64,000 nt of DNA from Botryllus schlosseri. Lineage: Eukaryota. Both the position numbers and the translations under genes were made by a program. The stretch spans positions 4,714,001 through 4,778,000 of the forward strand of contig CM119371.1 of NCBI GenBank assembly GCA_051294905.1. Reading direction: 5' to 3'. Shown here piece by piece: positions 1 to 12,886 of this stretch (positions within the stretch are counted from its first letter, which is position 1; every line of letters starts with the position of its first letter). Under the pieces are notes generated by a model, which was given only the letters and a program-made list of their open reading frames with translations, was not told where the DNA came from and made no database searches.

Positions 1-1654
1 TTTGAAAATGACATGGATTTCAAGATATCGGACAGATTTCCGTCAATGTCAGTTGACAAACTTGAGTTGCACAGAGAATGTATGATATTCTTCAGTTGTG
101 AAAGTCATGAATGGTATAAAATCTCTGATCCGTACAAGTAGGCCTACATGTAAGAGGGAAGTCGATTGAAAATGAAATCAATTAGGCTACTGATTACATA
201 AATACCAACCTATATTTATAGCAAAATTCAAAGTCGGATTTGTATGCATCAATTTGAGGTTCCAATTCTGCCATATGAAAGTCCAATGATTGATTACTGC
301 ATATGATGGCCGCTTCTTACTTGTCACATATGTTTCTGTGTCTCTATATTAGTAGCACCTGTCAAGTAAAGAAATAAGATGATACAGCTTTGAAATAATA
401 GCACTGCAATTGTGACGAGGGATGCAAAAATTCGTTTTCTTTGCAAAAGCATTTTCTTCGCATTTTCTTCGCAAAATCATAATAGGTTAAAATGTGGATT
501 GGTAGGTTTTATGACCTCATAAAAAGAAAGTCTATACTCAGCATGGAGCCAGGCAAGAACTCGAATTTGCACAACTTGTTGGCAGGTTACAGGCTACAAT
601 ATTACCCTAGTTTGACGCTTGATACCCAACACGTAACCCGATCACCAGGATGCAGGATTTTGCCAAGTCTTGCTGATAATAACGTTAAAAGTCTCTGCAA
701 TATGCAGTAGCTAAGGCTGGGCACAATGATTTGAGTCGAGTAATGATTGAGGATGTTTTCGAGCACCGAAATGATACGATCCTTGCCACTCGACAAAAAT
801 TATAGTTTTGTTAGCACTGTCCACAAGGGTTGTTCAAAAACAACTTTTTTTCTTCAGATTCTGGGGATTCACCGATCAAGTTGTTAGGTTGCCTAAAAAA
901 GGCTGCACAACAAATTTTGCTCAATTCCAATCAGCCGAATTCAATCAAAATTTTTGTCTTTATTAAAACAAATTTTTTTTTTGTAAATTCTATTGTCAAT
1001 CCCTTTAATTTGTTAAGCTATCTGCAAAAACAATACAAAAGAAATTTGACGCGATTCCAACCCGTGGAAGCAAAGTGATTTGATTTTTTCATCTATTTTT
1101 CTGGGATTAGCCTACCCACCATCAATGCTATTTTTGCGAATCCAAACCAGCAATAACTTCACTACTACTGGTTGGAAGTGAGAGAGAATTGTTATGCATC
1201 ACTCTTTCAGGCAATTTCATCGGATTAACAGTAAAATTTGAAAATATGTAATTTTTGTATAAATTTAAAAATGTCAATCGGCTCTTCCGCGGCTTCGGCT
1301 GTTTGGAATTGAGCCATATTTGATGGGCAGCCTCTGAGAGGTCATGATCTACCCACAGCATTGTCACTAAGTGGAATGAAATAGGTGTGGTCGAAAAGAT
1401 ACGAAATCATCTTCAATGTGATGCAGAATTGCAAATATGGCATTATATTTTTGTGGTCGCGTAAAAGGTACTTAACCGTACTTCCCACATCCTCCATACT
1501 GTTATGACGTCATATTGAGTGATACTCGAACACTCGACTCTAATGCTAATACTGGATCCAGAATCAAATCACTCAGTTGCTCGAATTTTCCCAGTCCTAC
1601 CACTGAGACCCTCACGATTCCCGTTTAATAAACTTCCAGATAGATGTTCTTATA

Positions 1655-4600
1655 TACTCACAAAACACAGCCCATCGAGCAGGTCTCCACATCGAAACTG
1701 TGCCCACTCTTTCCGATAACTTGCGGGCAATATAGTTGAGGGTGCGGCAAAAAGTATTTTTTGTTTGGCCGTCAAAGTCGACTTTGGTAGCCAAGATGAA
1801 ATCTTTGATCATCACCTCCATATCGTTCAGGAATAGATTCCAATCTGTAGATATAAATTCAATATTCGATGACACAGGTATACAAACTTGTACAAACTAC
1901 CAATGTAGTTAGTTGGTGGTCCACTCACAACTGCCATTTTGAGGAGTTCTGGTTTTAGTTGAATAATGTAAAAGCAAATTGTTGTAGTTGCATCTACAGA
2001 TCTTGAAAGGCGAGTGTTTCTACTTCAAGTTGTGCATTTAAAAAATGAAGCTGCCGACAACTAGAAAACGTATGTCGTCATGATACCGGTGTTCTGGTAC
2101 ATGATGTTTTTGCAGCCTTTTCTAGCTCAAATAGGATTGTAACCAAGTCACAAAGTTCCGAGTCACAAGTCAATCTCAATCTCACTTTTATAGTTTTATC
2201 TCGAGTCAAGTCGAGATATTTTCAATTCACCACCGAGTCAAGACCGAGTCCAAGTCAGCTAGTAGAGATTCGAGTCATAGTGTTTTAACATGAGTCCGAG
2301 TCCAAGTCATTATGTTCATTGTTCAGTTATCAGTCCTATCCAATCCACTTTTGCAGCTCTCCTCGAGTGATATAGAATGCTCACAACCAAAATATCGTAT
2401 TTTCCTTGGTTCAACAGTTTCTGGCCCTAATTTTCATGTATCAGGACTGATATACGAAATACTAATCATGTGGTGAGTTTTCTATTCTTTGAAGGTACAG
2501 TGACAGTCCTAGTCTCAAGTCACCAAATAAGCGCAACTTGGTTTGGACTAGAATCGAGTCATGACTTGAGTCATTGCAGTCCTGGCTCAGAGTGATCACG
2601 CCAAACAGTGGCATAGGCCGGGCTGAGTATTGGAGGGTCGAAACCACTCTTGTTTCAAACTTGAAACCCCGTCAATTCGAGATGCCAATTCTCAATTCTC
2701 CAATATTTCTCAGCTCATTTGTAAGTTAAACCAAATAATCATTAGTGAGCCGTGTATAAGTTAGTTAGTAGCGGATTTTCAATGGTCGTTGGTTCTAGTA
2801 GAGAATTAGGTAAAGTGAGCAGTTCTAATTCTTGTTGCGCAAGTTTGAGGGACGGTCAAACTTGACAAAAGTTTTTGCAGACCGGTGCACCTTCCAAACT
2901 GGAAACTTCATTTAATACTTGCTTTTGGATACTGAACGTGTAATAAATAGGGCTGGCTAAAGTAGGGTACCTGAGTGATTAGAATATGAATCGAGTCATG
3001 AGTTTGATCCACTCATTGTTAACGTCACAGCAACACCACAAAGAACATAATACCGGTTCTAGTCACATTATAAAGATTATTTGGCATTTTTATGACCATA
3101 GCTATTCATTGTACTATGGGACAATGCTTTAGGTTGGTCCCGACTTCACAGAAATGTCATTTTCAGCAACGTGAGTAGCTTTGTACTACATGTTTTGTAT
3201 GCTGCGATACGACCAATCGAGGTTTGCAGATTTTCACAGTGAGAAATATGATCGAAAGCATAATTCCAATTGGTTCAGTTCAGCTTATTGTTAACATAAT
3301 TTTTCCATTTTTGGCGAGGAGTGTTGTCAGTGCTCGAAACAACCATTTCCTACTGCTTGACTCAAATTATTGGAATTGATACTCGATTCAGATTTGAGTC
3401 ATCAAATTATTGTGCACAGGCCAAGTGATCGCAGTTGCGTCACAAAAAATGATCACATGATCCAAACTAGATTAGAGTTTGAATTATATGAAACACATTT
3501 TTCCAAATTAGATTAGAATTAAAATTACCTAGTTGGAAAATAAATCAAGTTCAGCTCAAATCGGAGTTGATTATCATAAGAACGAGAATACTAACTGACT
3601 GTTCCCCAATCTTGACTTATTTCAAACTGTATAAATAGAAATAGTTGACTAATTTGATTGGAATTACATGACAAGTTTCTCGCCCTATTCAGCCTAATAT
3701 AGAATAATAATGATCTGGTTATCCAAGTCTGTTAGTAATGAACATCACAGATCTAATACATTTTCGACAGGCACAGTAAGAGGCACATTACATTTGTAAT
3801 GAGGAAATGCTTTTACCCTTCTTTTACACAACTCGAGAATGATGTAGACAAAAACCATGTCTTGGAAGAATCCGTGAAATCCAACGACGCGATTGTCATT
3901 CAGAGTTCGATGGAGACTGATCTCTCGACACATTTTGTCTTTTGCTACTTCACAAGCAATTCCTGAAATTAGGTAGTAGATTTAGTTGCGGATTTAAAAA
4001 GTGAGTAATTCTAATTACGTATGTAAAAATATTTTAGTTGCCGATCAACTAGAAAATACGTGTCTTCGTTTGTCGTGAATCATGATAACGGTTTTTTGTT
4101 GTGTGATGTTCTTGCAGCTGTCTCAGAGTCATCACTACTAATAATGGTGAAGCCGCGGGCAAATCCATATTGAGTATTCTGAAAAGGTAGAAGTACTATT
4201 GCTACGGACTGACTTTGCTTACATGCGTTCAGATGTATCCTTTCTCGTTTATTTCATGTTCAAGTATAGCAACGGCTGCAAAGTGGTTCAAATAAATGTG
4301 CTGAAGGTTTGGAAATATGTCTTGAGCTAGTAGCTCGAATATATCAAGGTTATCGGTTAAGGTGCTACTTATCGGTATTGGCTCAAAAATAAGATATCTG
4401 TCGTGTCGGGCTCTAGTTTGGATGAGACTCGAGTGCGAGACCAGAAACGTAATACGATTCAGAATCCAATAAATCAGGAACTCGGTTTTGCCTAGAATTA
4501 CGAAAAAACTCACTGTTGAAACTCAGGAGAGGACGCCTTTGCTGTAGTTGGCTTTCCGAAATCCTAGGCGTCATCGGTTATGGGCAGTTTTAGTGGAATG

Positions 4601-4672
4601 TTGCCGTTGAAATACTTGCTCGCCAGCACTTCCTTTACAGAGGATCGTTGAAACGGGCCGATTTCCATCATT
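1655..4672 (-). pseudogene. PLK1-like: Polo-like kinase 1 pseudogene, copy A (scattered decayed exons; may continue off the left edge)
   Basis: About 3816-3960 reads [36 protein letters not shown] followed by a GT donor (PLK1: [30 protein letters not shown]). About 1655-1850 reads NLFLNDMEVMIKDFILATKVDFDGQTKNTFCRTLNYIA (DFG/activation loop, mutated and frameshifted). About 4510-4672 resembles the kinase end plus D-box-like RRPLLSFN. Stops and frameshifts are present. Confidence 0.85.
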
Positions 4673-5026
4673 CTAATGGGAAAATCACAGATTGTAAGTC
4701 ACATTTTTACAAGTATGTTCGGAAATCAGGATTTGTGGATTTAAAACTAAGGAGCTTCTTATAAAATAAGGAGCTTCTTATTGTAGTTCCATGATTAATT
4801 ATGAACTACGGTAATTGAAATCTCATGAGAAAGTGAAAATGTCGACAAATTGCATGAAATGGATGGCAGCAAGAAACACATATTTACAGAATGACCACAA
4901 CATTACAATTTGAAACGAAATTGTAAACTATATGCACAGACTGCTAATTACCAGAAAATATGACAAAGGATAATGCACACGAAGCTTAAAATGTAGGTGA
5001 AATAAACTATAGCATTAGCTCATCAC

Positions 5027-5404
5027 CAGGGCAAGTTTTTGCTGCAGTTAAATCCGCGGAAAGTTGCATTCATTTATTTATTTTTGACAAAAGTTGCACT
5101 AAAAAACACATTTTGCTCAGTTGTCTAAAAAATGTCAATTTACCGTACCAGCTCCCGAAATACCCGTACTTCGGTCCTGATTTACGGTGTTTCAGTCGAA
5201 TATGGCCGTGTATATCACCAAATCCAAAAATACTTTTATGAATAATCGAAAAAGTTGCAAAATGTTGCATGACAAAAATGGACAAATTTGCAAACAGTTG
5301 CACTATAAGATTCCTTCAAACAGCTTAAAACAGCATTCTACATATCTTAGGAGTATTTAGGAAGCTGCCGGAAGCTGTAAAAAAAGTTGCAAAAACTTGC
5401 CGTA
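5027..5404. mobile_element. hAT-type MITE
   Basis: TIRs CAGGGCAAGTTTTTGC / GCAAAAACTTGCCGTA; 8-bp TSD CTCATCAC at 5019-5026 and 5405-5412. Confidence 0.75.
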
Positions 5405-5746
5405 CTCATCACACTGTGATACAAAGATTTGAATATCCACATCAAACGTCTCTGAACAACAGACCCAGCGCAAATTACCACAAAGAAATGTTCATTGAAA
5501 CTGATTCAGGCAGTGAGAAACAAATTTCAGGCACTAATCATAAGCCGTAATCAAAATATGAAACTGGGAGAAACATTTTCAAACTGAAAAAATTAGGTGA
5601 GAAAAACAACGTATACAGAAATTTTATTGTGGCAGAGATAAATGGATATGGACAAGAGGCTTAGTAACACGAAGATACAAGTTCACCACCATTTCTACAC
5701 ACCCGGCACAGTAATTATTTAGCCGGAAAGGTGATTCAAAGATATA

Positions 5747-6200
5747 CCTTAATTTTCCGAATATAGTGCGCCCCCATGTATAATATGCATCCTGAAAATG
5801 GCGTGTAAATTCAGGGATATCCTGCACCCATGCATAGTACGCACCTTGTATTCGCAGTACATAAATAATTGTTTTAAGTATATGATGTCGTTCTGTGATG
5901 CGATGTCACTGTTGAACAATCATGACATAACCGTCGCTAATCTTAACACAATTATTGGCATTGCTAGCAACACGCTTCTCGCAAATTGGCAGCGCGTTAC
6001 ACTCTATAATACGAAGTACTAAGCACGATGGCTGGAAGTGATGCGCGATTTGAAACAAACATGAAGAAAGGGGTGATTTGAAATTTTTTATCGAGGTAGA
6101 TTTTTTCAAGGCTTGTTGTACCCATGTATAATACGCAACCCCCCTATTTTAGGGCAAAAAATTTGGTAGAATTTTGAGCATTATACATGGAAAATTGCGG
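5747..6200. mobile_element. pogo/Tc1-mariner-type MITE, family A copy 1
   Basis: TA|CCTTAATTTTCCGAATATA ... TATACATGGAAAATTGCGG|TA; homologous to 12887-13587 and 20160-22953. Confidence 0.8.
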
Positions 6201-6449
6201 TATGTGTTGAGTGTTGAGTACTCGCACAGATTTGATCGGAATATTAAATCGTATTGATATGATAGAGTAGGCAAGTAACAGCATATTTTAGTATAAGCTA
6301 TTTCTGTCAATGTTACTGCATCATGTTCGGGATCATCATCACGAGAAAAAAAAGACATGCGTTCCGCTATTCTACTGTAGCCTATGTGTATTTCCATGTC
6401 TTGTCAAGTCACCAAGCTGGGTAAACTCTTTTCCGCAAATCTGACATGC

Positions 6450-9158
6450 TTAGTTTCTGACTACAGTATGTGTATTTTCATGTTGTTTCGAGTTACCAAG
6501 CCGGGTAAACGCTTTTCCACAAATCTGACATGCATAGTTTTTGACTCCAGTATGTGTATTTCCATGTCTTTTCAAGTTACTGAGCTGAATAAACGCTTTT
6601 CCACAGATCTGACAGTCATAGTTTTTGACTCCAGTATGTGTATTCCCATGACTTTTCAAGTCACAAAGCCGGGCAAACGTTTTTCCGCAAATCTGACATG
6701 CATAGTTTTTTACTCCAGTATGTGTATTTCCATGTCTTTTCAAGACATCAAGCTGGGTAAACGCTTTCCCACAGATCTGACACTGATAGTTTTTGACTCC
6801 AGTATGTGTATTTTCATGTTGTTTCAAGTTACCAAGCCGGGTAAACGCTTTTCCACAGATCTGACAGTCATAGTTTTTGACTCCAGTATGTGTATTTCCA
6901 TGACTTTTCAAGTCACAAAGCCGGGCAAACGCTTTTCCGCAAATCTGACATGCATAGTTTTTTACTCCAGTATGTGTATTTCCATGTGTTTTCAAGACAT
7001 CAAGCTGGGTAAACGCTTTCCCACAGATCTGACACTCATAGTTTTTGACTCCAGTATGTGTATTCCCATGTGTTTTCAAGTTACTGAGCTGAATAAACGC
7101 TTTTCCACAGATCTGACAGTCATAGTTTTTGACTCCAGTATGTGTATTTCCATGTCTTTTCAAGTCACAAAGCCGGGCAAACGCTTTTCCGCAAATCTGA
7201 CATGCATAGTTTTTTACTCCAGTATGTGTATTTCCATGTGTTTTCAAGACATCAAGCTGGGTAAACACTTTCCCACATATCTGACACTCATAGTTTTTGA
7301 CTCCAGTATGTGTATTCCCATGTGTTTTCAAGTTACTGAGCTGAATAAACGCTTTTCCACAGATCTGACAGTCATAGTTTTTGACTCCAGTATGTGTATT
7401 TCCATGTCTTTTCAAGTCACAAAGCCGGGCAAACGCTTTTCCGCAAATCTGACATGCATAGTTTTTTACTCCAGTATGTGTATTCTCATGTGTTTTCAAG
7501 TGTCTGTTCAGAGCAAACGCTTTTCCGCAGATCTGACATGCATAGTTTTTTACTCCAGTATGTGTATTTCCATGTCTTTTCAAGACATCAAGCTGGGTAA
7601 ACGCTTTCCCACAGATCTGACACTGATAGTTTTTGACTCCAGTATGTGTATTTTCATGTTGTTTCAAGTTACCAAGCCGGGTAAACGCTTTTCCACAGAT
7701 CTGACAGTCATAGTTTTTGACTCCAGTATGTGTATTTCCATGACTTTTCAAGTCACAAAGCCGGGCAAACGCTTTTCCGCAAATCTGACATGCATAGTTT
7801 TTTACTCCAGTATGTGTATTTCCATGTGTTTTCAAGACATCAAGCTGGGTAAACGCTTTCCCACAGATCTGACACTCATAGTTTTTGACTCCAGTATGTG
7901 TATTCCCATGTGTTTTCAAGTTACTGAGCTGAATAAACGCTTTTCCACAGATCTGACAGTCATAGTTTTTGACTCCAGTATGTGTATTTCCATGTCTTTT
8001 CAAGTCACAAAGCCGGGCAAACGCTTTTCCGCAAATCTGACATGCATAGTTTTTTACTCCAGTATGTGTATTTCCATGTGTTTTCAAGACATCAAGCTGG
8101 GTAAATGCTTTCCCACAGATCTGACACTCATAGTTTTTGACTCCAGTATGTGTGTTCCCATGTGTTTTCAAGTTACTGAGCTGAATCAACGCTTTTCCAC
8201 AGATCTGACAGTCATAGTTTTTGACTCCAGTATGTGTATTTCCATGTCTTTTCAAGTCACAAAGCCGGGCAAACGCTTTTCCGCAAATCTGACATGCATA
8301 GTTTTTTACTCCAGTATGTGTATTTCCATTTCTTTTTAAGACATCAAGCTGGGTAAACGCTTTCCCACAGATCTGACACTCATAGTTTTTGACTCCAGTA
8401 TGTGTATCCTCATGTGTTTTCAAGTGTCTGTTCAGAGCAAACGCTTTTCCACAGATCTGACACTTATAGTTTTTGACTCCAGTATGTGTATTCTCATGTC
8501 TTTTCAGGTGTCCGGTCAGAGCAAACGCTTTTCCGCAGATCTGACATGCATAGTTTTTGACTCCAGTATGTGTATCCTCATGTGTTTTCAAGTGTCTGTT
8601 CAGAGCAAACGCTTTTCCGCAGATCTGACACTTATAGTTTTTGACTCCAGTATGTGTATTCTCATGTGTTTTCAAGTGTCTGTTCAGAGCAAACGCTTTT
8701 CCGCAGATCTGACATGCATAGTTTTTGACTCCAGTATGTACAGTTCCATGGGTTTTCAAGTGACCAAGCTGGGTAAACGTTCTTCCGCAGATCTGACATG
8801 CATAGATTTTGCTTCCAGTATGGATAGTTCCATGTGTTTTGAGGTCGCCAACCCGCACAAACGATTTTCCACAGATCTGACGGAAGTGATTTTCGACTCC
8901 AAGGTGAGCAGTACGTGTATCAGCATGTCTTTTCAAGGGACCGATCGGACCATACTCTTTGCCAATGCCCTTGCGTTCATGATTTTTCAAAAAAGTGTGG
9001 GATATTAAATGTTTTTTTAATAAAGTGATTGCAGCAAAGGTTTTTCCACATATCTCACATTCGGTATTTCGATCTATAAGGTGGAATCGCAAGTGAGCTT
9101 TCAATCCGTCCTTACGATGGAAGCTCTTTCCACAGATCGAGCACATCTTCCTTGTCAT
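6450..9158 (-). CDS. Tandem C2H2 zinc-finger protein ZF1 (902 aa, about 30 fingers plus 2 degenerate)
   Basis: Open ATG-initiated ORF of 84-bp units CQICGKAF-x5-LK-x-H-x-NTH with linker TGVKNY; no effector domain visible. Confidence 0.9.
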   Translation of the reverse strand: MTRKMCSICGKSFHRKDGLKAHLRFHLIDRNTECEICGKTFAAITLLKKHLISHTFLKNHERKGIGKEYGPIGPLKRHADTRTAHLGVENHFRQICGKSFVRVGDLKTHGTIHTGSKIYACQICGRTFTQLGHLKTHGTVHTGVKNYACQICGKAFALNRHLKTHENTHTGVKNYKCQICGKAFALNRHLKTHEDTHTGVKNYACQICGKAFALTGHLKRHENTHTGVKNYKCQICGKAFALNRHLKTHEDTHTGVKNYECQICGKAFTQLDVLKRNGNTHTGVKNYACQICGKAFARLCDLKRHGNTHTGVKNYDCQICGKALIQLSNLKTHGNTHTGVKNYECQICGKAFTQLDVLKTHGNTHTGVKNYACQICGKAFARLCDLKRHGNTHTGVKNYDCQICGKAFIQLSNLKTHGNTHTGVKNYECQICGKAFTQLDVLKTHGNTHTGVKNYACQICGKAFARLCDLKSHGNTHTGVKNYDCQICGKAFTRLGNLKQHENTHTGVKNYQCQICGKAFTQLDVLKRHGNTHTGVKNYACQICGKAFALNRHLKTHENTHTGVKNYACQICGKAFARLCDLKRHGNTHTGVKNYDCQICGKAFIQLSNLKTHGNTHTGVKNYECQICGKVFTQLDVLKTHGNTHTGVKNYACQICGKAFARLCDLKRHGNTHTGVKNYDCQICGKAFIQLSNLKTHGNTHTGVKNYECQICGKAFTQLDVLKTHGNTHTGVKNYACQICGKAFARLCDLKSHGNTHTGVKNYDCQICGKAFTRLGNLKQHENTHTGVKNYQCQICGKAFTQLDVLKRHGNTHTGVKNYACQICGKTFARLCDLKSHGNTHTGVKNYDCQICGKAFIQLSNLKRHGNTHTGVKNYACQICGKAFTRLGNSKQHENTHTVVRN

Positions 9159-11639
9159 TATTCTGGATTATCTGTATATTACTTTACTTCTTGAAGCATC
9201 CCACATCAAACGCTCTCTGCTTGAAAACGAGGATCCAACGATAGCTTGGATGCGCTATTAAATAGTATTATAATTCTAATATTATGGCAACTCAGTCTGA
9301 AATACAGAAAGAATTAGCAAAAACGGAGCAGTGTGATGAATAAAAATATCCAAGAATAACAAACTTATGATTTAATATTACTAGTTTAGTAGATTTATTA
9401 GGCATTGTGATGATCGGTAACCTGACAATTCAGACGTGTAGTTCCTTATAGATGTTTCACCCAAACTTTGTAGATCACAATTACATTTCAGATTCGCTTT
9501 CGGATATTGGTTGCGGGTAGAACATTTGGGACGTTCAGGCTTTCAACTTGATCGTTCGAAAGATTTCAAGTCGAAGTTACCAAACTGTTAATTTACTCTG
9601 TCTTCAATAAGTCCCAGGGATGACTGAATATTAGATTCAAAACAGTTTTGAACCAAGTGTGACACCATCAGCCCAGTTTGGCCAGGCGATTGGGAGTCGG
9701 AGTGGGCACCATGGCCTTGGTCACGTTAAACACCAGTGGTTCTTCAACGTTTACGACCACTACCCGAATCTGAGTGGCATTATCATCTCGCGACTCAAAC
9801 CTCACTTATCAAAATGAATGCATGTCTAATGCTAGTATGCTTGACTTTTCACGGGCATGTCTGAAATGGTGAAGATGCAGACGAGCAGCTGTAGACAACG
9901 GAGTTCTATGAAACATGATTAATTACAATACCAATAATAATTGTTGATGTCGCTTGATATTCATCATTCAGGGTATTATTTATACACAACTCTACTTTAT
10001 GAGCATTTTTCTACACACGAACTACTTGCAGCCAATTCTCAAGATCAGGATCACCATGCTTAGTCCTGTCGTTGATCTTTGGAGATTTCTTATGAAATCC
10101 ATAAATGCCACCGTCTTGTTTTGAAGGCTCCGGGTTGAAATTCATTCAAAGTTAATTGAACTGATTTGCCGACAGTAAAGGCACTGGTATCAATCCACCA
10201 AAGATGCATGTGCATGAGGGGTCGACGAGGGTCGGTGGCGGTCTGAAATGGGTACGCAAAGATAAAAAGGTCGAGAACCACTGATCTAATAGGAATGCAT
10301 CTCTGTTTCTTAGACCGATCAAGTGCTTACATGATGCAGTGCTCACCATTACGAACTTTCATGTACAATTTAAATAGAATGGATATAGTTTATGCTTTTA
10401 AATTTTCACGGACATGTAACCGAGTAGTGTATTGTACCATATCAATTTGTTTCAACATCTCGAGGCTTCGTATTCGATCCTCTATTTTGGCTGATAATAA
10501 CAGACTGTATAGCATGTGGCAATACAGTTACTCTCGTATTATTTAGCAGTTCCGCGTGTTGGTGAGCGATACAATGCCTCTTTGTATATATAGTTTACAA
10601 TATATTTGTTATTTGATTTAAGATGAATGGTCATTTTGGTCAATTATTCTGTTTTTCACACACTCAGCAAAATGTAATGACTTTACATCATCACTCATAG
10701 TTCGAAAATTCAATTTGACTTGAATCATGACATGAGTCGTGAGTTGATTTGACTCGAGTAACCTCCAAAAACGAGTGACTTGAATTGACTCGAGTCATCT
10801 TCGAAAATCGATTGACCTGACTTGACTCGACTCAATATTTGCAATGACTCAAGGTGACTCGTGACTCGAACATAGAGGCTTGATCCCTACACTGGCTCTC
10901 ATTTTATTTCTTATCTGCCGCCTGGTTCTATTGAAAATGCTTCAGGAGAACGTTATCGTGTGAATCGAGTTGCTTGCTGTACACATATTTCCATAAGTAT
11001 GAGAATGAGCTGTGATTTGATATGAAGTTAAATTGATTCAACTACAAAGTTTTCACGAATTCTGTATCGGTAAGTCCAAGTCTAATCTAATTTGGAAATT
11101 TGAAAAATGTGTAGCTAGCTAGCTAACTTTAAAAAAGCTGAAAATTTCTAGTTGTCCAAGTCTGCCCTAAACCCATTACAAACACAATAAATTTTAACAT
11201 GTTCGCCGGAAATTCTTATTGATGAAGGTCATATTGTTGTGAATAGAAAAGGACCCAAAAGTGGTGCATGGATCCCGACACTGGCTACAATTGACAGCAG
11301 AACTAAACTACATGATTTTAGTACACACAGTTCAAACTACAAAGAGGGGACAGTGCCTGAAAATCCTAGTTTCCAAATTGGTTCCCTTTCTATAAGCATC
11401 ATTTCATTTTGAATGGCATTTTACCATATTTTACCATATATAATGAAAAGCTATGCATATCACTTTTTGAATTCCCCGGGCCATTCAATACGATTTCAAT
11501 AAGTTTCATTCCAATTAACTTAGTGACCACATGAGTCACCCCATTAGTAATCAGTAGATCTGAATCGAGTATTATGCTTCGAAGTCAAGTTGGGTATTCG
11601 AGTATCCTTCATTGTGACGACATGAGTATAAGAGAGATG

Positions 11640-12700
11640 TGTTAAGTTCAGACATGTACCGTTTATGCGATCACGGAGTGTATAATGCTAGTTTTCCATC
11701 ACAATAAAAACAACCTGTGATTTTAGACCATAGCCATTTCATTCAATTTTTCACAACCATTCGTGTTTTCAATCCTTCCACAGAAAAAAGAGTATAAAAA
11801 CTAATTCTCGTTGGTAAGTTACCTCTTAGTGGCAAGGATCATATGATTTTGAGACTAGAAAAAACCATCCTTTATTATCCTTATCAACTCATTAAAATCC
11901 TGGTGCACACTAGGCCACTACCCAGCCCTATCACTAGCGCTTTCAGATCATCTTTGGACCTCGCCAAAAATTTAGCATCACGGGACCCAAATATTTTTTT
12001 GGTTTCATAAGGCTTAGTTGACTCTGCAACTGAAGATGGAATTTCCAATTGGAAATAGTATTATCTTTCATAATCCAACATTTCGTACCCTACTACTTCT
12101 ATGGGTTGGAATTGAGGCATATGCATCGTTTAATATTTTTGTAGACAACCTAATAATTCCATGTGGAAGCCAGTACAATTTCAATGAAATTTTTGATTGT
12201 TGCCGAAAATCAATAATATTCTACCTTAATAGCTTTCTTTTGAAATACTGGGCCATTTCATCAACTAGCAAGTAAAATTTTGAAAACAAAATGGATTTTT
12301 TGACAACCCCAGCAGTCAGTCTACTATACACAGCCCAAATAATATAACACTGTAATACGAGCAGGAATGTTGGCAGCATCCCAAATATATATCTTCTAGA
12401 ACAGTAGTTCTTCAAACTTTTCAAGACACTACTCCTTGGTCAGTATTAATAACTTTCACCACCCACTTATCATCAAATCAAAAGGCAAGGTATTTTGAAA
12501 GCTATAACTGTTTATAGCAGTGCTTCTTGACATTTTCTAACTAACCTGGCTATCACATACACATACAACAGTCTGCAAGACTTCGGCAAACCACAAAACC
12601 AAAATTTATCTCATCACCCAACTGATGCATTACTATAGAAGACTAGAGCGCAAAATCAACTGTGCATAAACAACAATGTGAAAATTACAGAACCATTAAT
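11640..12700. repeat. Duplicated non-coding block upstream of ZF1, paralogous to about 18785-19880 upstream of ZF2
   Basis: Colinear matches such as AATTCTCGTTGGTAAGTTACCTCTTAGTGGCAAGGATCATATGATTT and CATCAAATCAAAAGGCA.GGTATTTTGAAAGCTA in both places. Confidence 0.85.
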
Positions 12701-12886
12701 AAAAGATTTTCACAGAAAAAGAAAAAAATATTAATGAAGATTTACTGCAAATAAGGGCGACTTCTGCTGTGTGGGTCTGGTGTATGTCTTGACGCCAGCG
12801 TACCCCCGAGACTAGCTCAGCGTGACCCTGGGGTTCATGTGATTGAAAAAAAATTGATATCGGACTACACATATAAATTACTAATA

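Noticed and set aside
6384..9008. Long plus-strand ORFs (651 aa and 202 aa) of hydrophobic repeats
   Set aside because: Antisense shadows of the 84-bp zinc-finger repeat.
9734..10283. Possible hAT MITE (CAGTGGTTCT..AAC / GTCGAGAACCACTG)
   Set aside because: TIR-like ends are present but there is no matching TSD, so boundaries are unconfirmed.
12221..12424. Candidate upstream coding exon for ZF1
   Set aside because: The paralog near 19385-19490 has frame-breaking indels and the sequence resembles a decayed MITE.
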